DNA of 63,837 bases, filler included, from Malassezia furfur (lineage: Eukaryota), in the NCBI GenBank assembly GCA_052055015.1. It is 3 parts of 3 records of this genome, joined end to end, with 100 filler letters (N's around TTAATTAATTAA, not from the genome) between each part and the next. Parts side by side here need not be neighbours in the genome. Positions count along the whole stretch, not along the records: positions 45,322 to 63,837 come from JBQJIT010000206.1; 2 more parts are not named here. One strand, given 5' to 3'. Shown piece by piece: positions 55,459-63,837 of the stretch. The stretch's first letter is position 1. Each line of letters begins with the position of its first letter. A model generated the notes under the pieces. That model searched no databases and had not been told where the DNA came from. It saw only the letters and a program-made list of their open reading frames with translations. The translations under genes were made by a program, and so were the position numbers.

Positions 55459-55561
55459 CATGTTGTGACTATGTAGAGCAACGAAGGAGCTTTTTCGCGA
55501 CCAAGGCCGAGGCCACGTGGTTGAACACGCCCCGGCGGCGCGCGGCGCACGGCAGGCGCGC

Positions 55562-56619
55562 TTACACGACCGTCTCCTTGGCTGCGGGTCAGTGGGCCAG
55601 TCATACGTACGGAACTTGAGCACGGGGCCGACCTGGCCGATGCACATGCCGCCGAGGCGGTGGCCGATGTCGACCGCCTGCTCGATCGGCTTACCGAGGA
55701 TCAGACCCGCGAGCACGCCGCCGGCGAATGCATCGCCCGCGCCGTTGCTGTCGACAATGTCGTCGACCTTGGGCGTGGGGTGCGTGAAGGTCTGCGTGCC
55801 GTTCTGCACAGCACGGATCGTCGACTCGCTGCCGTGCGTGATGAGCACGGTGCGCGGCTTGTCGATCACCGACGGCTGGTTGGCGATCGCCTGCGCGATC
55901 TCGCCGAGGTCGCGCGTCTCGAGGTTGGACGCCTGCGCCCACGCCTCGGCCTCGGACTCGTTGCCGATCACGAGCTCGGCATAGGGCATCACGGCGTCCA
56001 CCTGCGCCTTGAAGAACTGCGGGATGAAGGGCGCCGACAGGTTGAAGGAGAACATCTTGCCGGCCTCCTTGGCGTGCTTGGCGAGCACCAGCGCGCTCTC
56101 GACGCCGTGCGTCAGGAAGAAGCCGCCGAGGTAGAAGTAGGGAGCGGCCTCGATCGCGGCCTTGACGTCGGGCGTCTCGAGGTGCGCCTTGTCAAACTTC
56201 TCCGCAGCGCCCAGGTTGGTGCACAGCGAGCGGTCGTGGCCGGTGATCACCACGGCGCACGAGCCGGTGGGCACCACATCGTTCACCTGGTAGAGCGACT
56301 CGAGGCCCTCGCGTTCGTTGGCGGCGCGCAGCTGCTGCGCGAGGTCGTCCTTGCCGACGCACCCGATGTACGCGGTGGAGTTCTCCGGGAGGACGTACTG
56401 CACGGCACGCGCCGTGTTCTGCGCCGCGCCGCCGGCGACGTAGGTCACCTGGTAGTTCTCCACGATGTACTGGTAAATGGAGAGCTGCTGCTCGTTCGCG
56501 AGCACCGCGTCGTTCGACTTCAGGCCATACTTCTCGAGCACCTCCTCGCCGTCGCGGATCTGCATGTCGAGCAGCGGGTTGCCCATGGCAACGAGCTTGA
56601 GCGTCTTCGGGTCGACCAT
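55562..56619 (-). CDS. ADO1: Adenosine kinase; 2 exons
   Basis: MGNPLLD, AGGAAQNTAR, RSLCTNLGAA, NLSAPFIPQFF, DSNGAGDAFAGG; intron 55582-55610 (29 nt). Confidence 0.95.
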
Positions 56620-56694
56620 CGTGGCAGAGTGGGGGAAGGAACGTGCGCTGGCATCACGTGACACAACGCTTGCGCGGCGCCGCCCCCGACCGCC

Positions 56695-58300
56695 ATGAGC
56701 GAGAAGCAGGAGGCGGACTACACGGCCGAGGTCGACACGCTGCTCCCGCAGCTGGAGCAGGCGGTGCGCACCGGATCGTTGCAGAGTGCACTTGAGCTCG
56801 TCGCGCCGCTCGAGAAGCGCGCGCGCTCGGTACGTGTTTTGTCGACTGACGCAGGGCGCCGACTTGCTGAGCACCACGCGTCTGCTCCTCGTGAGCCTGC
56901 TCATGATCCGCACGACGCCGGACGTGCAGCACACCGACGTCCAGCTCCTGGACGAGACCATCCACGCATACTCCAAAAAGCACGGGCAGCTCAAGCAGGC
57001 CATCACACGCATGGTCCAGCTTGCGATGCTGTTCCTGCAGCCGCCGCAGCCCGCCGATGCGCGCGTTCCGGCGTCCATCTTTACCATTGTGGACAAGGAC
57101 GCGTTTGACGACGAGGACAAGAAGCGCGCCGAGGGCGAGGCGATGGACACGGACGAAAAGCCCGCGGACGCCACGCGCCCCAAGCCGGACGCCGAGGACG
57201 ACGACAAGGCCGGCCGCGAGGACGGGCGCATCACGGCGCTGATGCAGCAGGCGCGCGCGATCGGCGACACGGGCCTGTCCGAGGACATGCGGCTTAAGCT
57301 GATCGAGACGCTGCGCGAGGTCACCGAGGGCAAGGTGTTTGTCGAGGTGGAACGTGCGCGGGTGAGCCGCATGATGTCCGATCTGCTCTACGCGAAGGGC
57401 GACGTGAACCGCGCGGCCGACATCCTGCAGGACCTCGCGGTGGAGACGTTCGGCTCGCTAGAGCGCCGCGAAAAGGTCGACTTTATTCTCGAGCAGATGC
57501 GCCTCAACATGGAGCGTGGCGACTTCCACCGCGTCAACATGTTCAGCCGCAAGATCAATACCAAGTTCTTTGAGGACGAGGCGCAGCAGGATCTCAAGCT
57601 GCGCTACTACGAGCTGATGATCCGCGCAGGGATGCACGACGCCAAGCACCTCGAGGTCAGCAAGTACTACCGCGAGGTGCTCAACACGCCGTCGGTGCGC
57701 GCCGATGCGGAGAAGACGGCCGACACGCTGCGCAACGTGATCCTCTTTTTGATCCTTGCGCCGTACGACAACGAGCAGAGCGACCTGATGAGCCGCGTCG
57801 AGAAAATGGAGCGCCTCGACACCGTGCCAGAGCACCGCAGCCTGCTCAAGTGCTTCACGACGCCCGAGCTGATGCGCTGGCCGGGCATCGAGGCGCTGTA
57901 CGGCGATCTGCTCAAGTCGACGCCCATCTTTGCGGGCAGCGCCGAGGCGGATGCGCGCTGGAAGGCGCTGCATGCGCGCGTCGTCGAGCACAACATCCAG
58001 GTCATTGCGAAATACTACACCAAGATCCGCCTGGAGCGGCTCGCGCAGCTGCTGGACCTGACGCCCGCCGAGGCGGAGGAGGCCCTTGCGGAGCTGGTCG
58101 TGAAGCGTGCGATCCACGCGCGCATCGACCGCCCCGCGAAGCTGATCGACTTCGAGGCGCGTCTGTCGGACGCCGAGGTGCTCAACCAATGGAGCAGCGA
58201 TATGGGCAAGCTGCTGCGCACTGTCGAAAAGGTGTCGCACCTCGTCGAGAAGGAGTGGGCCATCCAGCGCGCGGGTCTGGTCGTGCGCGCCCACGAGTAG
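56695..58300 (+). CDS. RPN5: 26S proteasome lid subunit Rpn5/PSMD12; 2 exons
   Basis: SKKHGQLKQAI, VTEGKVFVEVERAR, VETFGS, RVVEHNIQVIAKYYTKI, ARIDRP; intron 56830-56854 (25 nt). Confidence 0.95.
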
Positions 58301-58353
58301 CTTAACCCCCCCCGTAGTTGGCCACGTGGCCTCACCCGTTCGCCCGTGCGACC

Positions 58354-61003
58354 ATGGCCGCCCGCGTGGAGGAGGCGGAGCTGCTGCAGGCGTACCAACT
58401 GCCGACGCTCAACCCTCAGCAGTGGCATGCGACGGGCGATGCGCCGCACGGCGGCGACGGCAGTGGCGAGGAGTGGCACGACCCGCTCGGCCTGCGCACT
58501 ACGCTGCCCGTCGGCCGCGTCGAGCCTGCGCAGCGCCCGCAGGTGTCGATTGGGAGCAAGGCGTTTGACGCCAAGGCGTTCCTGAACACGGTGCACCCCA
58601 ATGCATCATTCGCGGACCTGTCGCGCGGTGCCGAGCAGCTCAAGGCGAGCATCTCGCAGCGCTCCGAGGCGCTCAAGGTGCTTGTCGACGAAAACTTTGA
58701 CCGGTTCGTGAGCGTCAAGGCGACGACCGACGGCGTCTTCCGCGAGATGGCGCTCGCCGGCGGCCCGCTCGCGCCCGGCGCGGACCTGGGCGTAGCGTCG
58801 CTGCGTGAGCCACTGCAGCAGGCGAACGCGCGCGCAGACCACGTGTTCCGCCCGGTGCTGGAAAACTACGTCAAGGTGATGAAGCTGCGCAACACGCTCG
58901 GCGTGTTCCAGCGCTCGCACTTCTTCTTCAACCTGCCCGGCTCGCTCAACGAAAACATCCGCGCGGGGCACTACGAGGCGGCGCTGCGCGACTACAAGAA
59001 GGGCAAGTACCTGCTCGAGAGCCGCCCGGGCCAGCTGCTGCCCGTGCAGGACACGGGTGCGTCCGGCGCACCGACCGAGGCGCAGCTCGTGCAGCAGCGG
59101 CGTATCTTTGCCAAGGTGTGGGACGCGGTGGAGGACGCCATGTACGACATGCAGAAGCGGCTGCTTGCGCACCTGCGCGAGCCGCAGCACAGCGTCGAGG
59201 AGCAGGAAAAGTGCATCGAGGTGCTCCTCGAGCTCGACCCGGCGACGGACCCCGTCGCGGTGTTCCTTGCGTCGCAGCACGAGCACATTCAGTCGCGCCT
59301 GCGCGCCGCATTTGAGCGCGAGCAGGGCGCGATCGACGCCGCGCGCCTCACCACCGACCACACGGGCCGCAGCGCCGCCGAGCAGGCGCGCGACCTGAGC
59401 CAGTGTCTGACGCTCGTGCGCACCGCGTACGGCACCAAGCCGTCGTTTGCGCGCGCGCTGCACGCGCCCGTCTGGGAGGCGATCGATCACATGGTCGCGA
59501 CGCTGTGCAGCACCGTCGTGCAGTCCGTGCCGACGTTTTGGCGCATCGCGCGCGACTACGCCGAGGGGCGCCTCGCCAAGGTCGCGCCCCACGCGGACAC
59601 CGCCGTGCATGCACAGGCGCAGCAGTGGGCGGCGGACAGCATGGCGCAGTTCACCACGCGGCTGTACGCCTTCTTTGGCCTTGCGCCGTTTGCGGCCCGT
59701 GCACAGGAGCCGCTGTTTGCGACGCTGCCCGCGTGGGTGCCCGACCCGTCGTGCTCGCTGAGCACCACGCACTACCTGAGCAGCATCCTCGGCTCGCTCA
59801 CCGACACGCTCGGCGAGTTCAAGTCGCTTGCGATCCCCGGCGTGACGCAGCGCCTCGAGGCGCTCGTGCTCGACGTGCGTTTCCAGTTCACCGAGGTGCT
59901 GTGCTGCCTGTGGCTGCGCGACGCACGGCTGTGCCACCACCTCGAGAACTGGGCGCCCAACTCGCAGCAGCCGGCGATCACCTCCTACCTCTTTTCGCTG
60001 AGCGTGTTCAACCGCTGGAACGCGCGCGAGGGCTTCTACATCGCCGACGGCCGCGCACGCATGCAGGGCACTCCGACGGCGCACGACACGCAGGTGCTTG
60101 CGGCATTCAGCGCGCGGCTCAAAACGACGTTTGTGCAGGCGCTGTACGCGTTCCTCGAGGGGATCGTCGCCGCGGCGCTCTCGCCGGACGCGGGTGCCGC
60201 ATGGGAGGCGCGCGCCGTCGACGCCAGCGCCCGGCCGACTGCACCCGATCGCGTACGTGCCACAACTGACGCAGGACACGCGCATTCTGCTGAGCGTCTC
60301 CAACCTGTCGCACCTGCGCACGCACATCATCGGGGCGTGGGTGAAGCAGTTCGAGGAGGCCTACCACGTGTCGCTCGCCGACGAGCAAGAGGTACGTGGC
60401 GCGCTTACCCAGCAACTCGTGAACACCTGCGCAAAGCTCGACAAGGAGCTGTTGCACGACTTTGTGCAGCGCAAGGGCGACGCCGTCTCTGCCGTGCTGC
60501 ACCGCGGCATCCTCGAGGGCGGCATCGACTGGGCGCACCACGACAAGCCGACGAGCGTGCATGCATTTGTGTACCAGGCGCTGCTGCTCCTCGTCGAGGT
60601 GCATGCACAGATCCGCGCGACGGTGCCGCCGCTCGTCTCGCGCGTCATTTCCGCACTGGTCGAGATCATGGCGGATGCGGCGCTCAGTGCGTACGGCCGC
60701 GTGCCGGTGTACAACAAGGGCGGCATGCTCCAGGCGACGCTCGAGATCGAGTTTGTGCACCAGACCATGTCGTTCCACGTATCGCCGAGCGCCGAGCAGT
60801 CGCTCAAGCGTGTCTACGAGACCATCAGCCAGCGCTACACGAGTACGAGCGGGGGCGCCGGCGAGCCGGACGCACTGCTCCCGGCCGAGCTCGAGGCCGT
60901 GAAGCACACGCTGATCGCAAGCCGCAAGGCGACCGCGCTCGAGTTCCTGTGCTTCCGCCGGCCCAAGACGGACGAGGGGCGCGGCAGCAAGTCGCGCAAG
61001 TAG
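58354..61003 (+). CDS. SEC5: Exocyst subunit Sec5/EXOC2
   Basis: DPLG, ISQRSEALKVLVDENFDRFV, FFFNLP, DYKKGK, GGMLQATLEIEF; intron 60253-60274 (22 nt) and probable intron 60392-60412 (21 nt). Confidence 0.92.
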
Positions 61004-61005
61004 AC

Positions 61006-62169
61006 TCACGTCGCGCGGCCCTTGCTCACCATGTAGATAAACATCAGCGTGCTGATGCCCGACAGCGTGAACCACGTCACGGCATACTCCATGTGCTGGT
61101 TGCGCAGCTGGATCTTGGGCGGGCGGCCCACGGGGATGCCCTGCCGCATGCGCGCACCGGCTTCGCTAAACGTCCCGTCAAACACCTGTTCGAGGTACAC
61201 AGGCACCACGGGGTTCTGGCCGTGGCGGAATGCGTCGGCGGGCGCCAGAGGCGCCTCCTGCTTCGCAAACGGCCACCAGTTCCGCGGCGAGAAGGCGACG
61301 TTCGCCGTCGTCGTCGAGCTCGTCGCCTGGTCGATCCCCGCTTGCTCGTTCAGCCACGCGGCCATCTGTGCGGGGTTCACTTGCATCCATAGGTTGTTGT
61401 GCGGCTCGTTCGGCAGCGCAAAGCGGCTCGGGGGGTATACGCGCGGCAGCAGCGTCGTGAGTGTCACGTCGCCCTCGTATGGCACACGGTTCTTGAGCCG
61501 CTTGTCCATGCCGGTGCCCTCGACAAACTCGTTCGAGACAAAGCCACAGTTGACCAGGATGTCCGGACCACCGCCGTCGCGCTGGAACGGCATCACAATG
61601 TCATAGCCACGGTCGCCCTCACGCGCGCGGGGGCCGAGGAAGAGCACACGCGACGTGTCGAAGCGGCCATGGATGCGCACCAACCGATACGCAAACTCTT
61701 CGAGCACATCGAGGTTGATGTTGCGCGGCAGGCGCAGCGGCTCACTGCTCAGCTTCGTCTCGAGCTCGTCGATCAGATCGAGCTTCCATTGCAGCCGGCG
61801 CAGCTGCCAGCGCCCAAGCCAGAAGGTGAACAGCGGCACAATCATCAGCACGTACACGACGGGCGACGTGTACCACGGCTTGCGCCGCCGCTGCTGCGGC
61901 CGGTTGTATACGAGCGGTTCTTCGTCCGCCTCCGACTCGGTTACCGTCACAGGCAGCTGGGGCTTGTTCGCAAAGGCGCGCACGGCGCAGGCGCCAAGCC
62001 TGGGCGCAGGCGCCGCCGCCCGTGCGGGGCTGAGCGGGGCCGCGGCACCGAGGCGCGTAGACACCTGCAGTGGCAACCGCACGCTCGCCAGACCCGGGCG
62101 CAGCGCACCGAGCGCTGGCGCACGCACCGCGCCCACGGCCTGTCTTGCAGCGAAGTTCCACGCCGACAT
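61006..62169 (-). CDS. SHY1: SURF1/Shy1 cytochrome c oxidase assembly factor
   Basis: [44 protein letters not shown]; mitochondrial presequence. Confidence 0.92.
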   Translation of the reverse strand: MSAWNFAARQAVGAVRAPALGALRPGLASVRLPLQVSTRLGAAAPLSPARAAAPAPRLGACAVRAFANKPQLPVTVTESEADEEPLVYNRPQQRRRKPWYTSPVVYVLMIVPLFTFWLGRWQLRRLQWKLDLIDELETKLSSEPLRLPRNINLDVLEEFAYRLVRIHGRFDTSRVLFLGPRAREGDRGYDIVMPFQRDGGGPDILVNCGFVSNEFVEGTGMDKRLKNRVPYEGDVTLTTLLPRVYPPSRFALPNEPHNNLWMQVNPAQMAAWLNEQAGIDQATSSTTTANVAFSPRNWWPFAKQEAPLAPADAFRHGQNPVVPVYLEQVFDGTFSEAGARMRQGIPVGRPPKIQLRNQHMEYAVTWFTLSGISTLMFIYMVSKGRAT

Positions 62170-62348
62170 CGTGGATATGTGGAGGTGCACCGCGGCCATC
62201 GGGCGCGGGCGGGTGGGAAAGGAGCAATTCCCTGCATTTGCATTTTCGCGTCGCTCATTGGGCACACGGTCGGGCAGCACATGGCCGGCGAGCGGTTTGT
62301 TTGCTAATTCGCAGCAGCGCGCTCTTTCCCGAGCCACTACTTCTCACG

Positions 62349-63837
62349 ATGCAAAGGGTCGTTGCCAGTCGTGCCGCTGGCATTGCTGCCGCCTCGTGCC
62401 GCTTCGGTGCACGTGTGAGTGCCCGCCGTGGCCTTGCTACCGTGGCCGACACGCCGAACCGCGTGTACGGCGGACTGAAGGACGAGGACCGTATTTTCCA
62501 GAACCTGTATGGCCAGCACGACTTTCGTCTGAAGGGCGCGCTTGCGCGCGGCGACTGGCACAGGACGCGCGAGATCATCGAGCGTGGCCACGACTTTATT
62601 ATTAACCAGATGAAGGAGTCGGGCATCCGCGGTCGCGGCGGTGCCGGCTTCCCCTCCGGTCTGAAGTGGAGCTTCATGCTGAAGCCGGGCTGGGAGAAGG
62701 ACCCGCGCCCCCGCTTCCTGGTGATCAACGCCGACGAGGGTGAGCCGGGTACCTGCAAGGACCGTGAGATCATGCGCCACGACCCGCACAAGCTTATCGA
62801 GGGCTGCCTCGTCGCCGGCCGTGCGATGGGTGTGCAGACGGCGTACATCTATATCCGCGGCGAGTTTGTGCAGGAGGCCAAGAACCTCGAGATCGCCATC
62901 CACGAGGCGTACCAGGCGGGCCTGATCGGCAAGAATGCGTGCGGCTCGGGCTACGATCTCGACGTGCACGTCCACCGTGGTGCGGGTGCCTACATTTGTG
63001 GCGAGGAGACCGCGCTGATTGAGTCGCTTGAGGGCAAGCAGGGCAAGCCGCGGTTGAAGCCGCCGTTCCCGGCCGACACGGGTGTGTTTGGTTGCCCCAC
63101 GACCGTCGCCAACGTCGAGACCGTCGCCGTGGCGCCCACCATCATCCGCCGTGGCTCGTCGTGGTTCGCCAACTTTGGCCGGCCCAAGAACCACGGCACC
63201 AAGCTGTACGCGATCAGCGGCCACGTCAACAAGCCGTGTGTTGTTGAGGAGGAGATGAGCATCCCTCTCCGCGAGCTCATCGACCGCCACTGCGGTGGTG
63301 TGCGCGGCGGCTGGGACAACCTCAAGGCCGTCATCCCCGGCGGTTCGTCGACCCCGATGATTCCCAAGCACGTCTGCGACGAGGCGCTGATGGACTTTGA
63401 TTCGCTCAAGGACTGCCAGTCTGCGCTCGGTACCGGCGCGGTGATCGTCATGGACAAGAGCACCGACCTGATCAAGGCCATCTCCCGTCTTACCAAGTTC
63501 TACCAGCACGAGAGCTGTGGGCAGTGCACGCCGTGCCGTGAGGGTACTACGTGGCTCAGCAACATGATGACCCGCTTCCAGGAAGGCCGCGGCGTGCTCC
63601 GCGAGGTCGACATGATCTGGGAGCTCACCAAGCAGATGGAGGGCCACACCATCTGTGGTCTTGCTGACGCTGCTGCATGGCCCATCCAGGGTCTCCTGCG
63701 CCACTTCCGCCCGGAGGTCGAGGAGCGCATCCGGCAATACCAGGCCGAGCACGGCCGCGTGCTCTTCGGCGGTCGCATGGCCGACCAGCGCGTGCCGAAC
63801 CTGGCCATGCCGCAGAACTGGTCCTACCCTGACCAGC
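62349..63837 (+). CDS. NDUFV1: NADH:ubiquinone oxidoreductase 51-kDa FMN subunit; runs off the window end and is absent from the ORF track
   Basis: Hand translation: [76 protein letters not shown]. Confidence 0.97.
   Translation, partial: MQRVVASRAAGIAAASCRFGARVSARRGLATVADTPNRVYGGLKDEDRIFQNLYGQHDFRLKGALARGDWHRTREIIERGHDFIINQMKESGIRGRGGAGFPSGLKWSFMLKPGWEKDPRPRFLVINADEGEPGTCKDREIMRHDPHKLIEGCLVAGRAMGVQTAYIYIRGEFVQEAKNLEIAIHEAYQAGLIGKNACGSGYDLDVHVHRGAGAYICGEETALIESLEGKQGKPRLKPPFPADTGVFGCPTTVANVETVAVAPTIIRRGSSWFANFGRPKNHGTKLYAISGHVNKPCVVEEEMSIPLRELIDRHCGGVRGGWDNLKAVIPGGSSTPMIPKHVCDEALMDFDSLKDCQSALGTGAVIVMDKSTDLIKAISRLTKFYQHESCGQCTPCREGTTWLSNMMTRFQEGRGVLREVDMIWELTKQMEGHTICGLADAAAWPIQGLLRHFRPEVEERIRQYQAEHGRVLFGGRMADQRVPNLAMPQNWSYPDQ

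Noticed and set aside
54244..57372. 1042-aa ORF suggesting an adenosine kinase fusion
   Set aside because: Read-through of the unspliced 29-nt intron plus antisense frames of YOR1 and RPN5; the real gene is 55562-56619.
8275..60412. Apparent frameshifts or pseudogenes in ARO2, SEN2, RSM25, Maf, ABC1 kinase, RPN5 and SEC5
   Set aside because: Every frame break is bracketed by GT...CTNAC-NCAG-type signals, and removal restores conserved motifs, so these are introns rather than lesions.

Overview
Eukaryotic, extremely gene-dense fungal DNA, most consistent with the basidiomycete yeast Malassezia. That assignment is an inference from the high GC, near-zero intergenic spacing, tiny introns and gene content; no database was searched. 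About 36 protein-coding genes can be reconstructed, mostly housekeeping: GYP7, SCOT, MAM3, YDJ1, MRPL38, TRM1, TPA1, PEX1, SUR1, SEN2, GLO3, ARO2, RSM27, a Pac2-type WOPR factor, CENP-A/CSE4, CDC73, an old yellow enzyme, COX7, CHS7, CDC11, SER3, RSM25, Maf, SRP68, NDK, an ABC1 kinase, SGF11, a YOR1-like ABCC transporter, ADO1, RPN5, SEC5, SHY1 and NDUFV1, plus several orphans. Two 100-bp artificial gap linkers (N44-TTAATTAATTAA-N44) cut genes. The most striking signal is a set of ultra-short spliceosomal introns. I delimited 40 by hand (median 25 nt; 23 are 21-25 nt), with the branch motif almost fused to the 3' AG and no pyrimidine tract; some are stop-free multiples of three hidden inside ORFs. 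Other signals are a GTCACGTG element in most tiny bidirectional promoters, a structured 139-nt COX7 intron with two in-frame donors, a lower-GC block with longer introns, and a perfect 288-bp tandem duplication.
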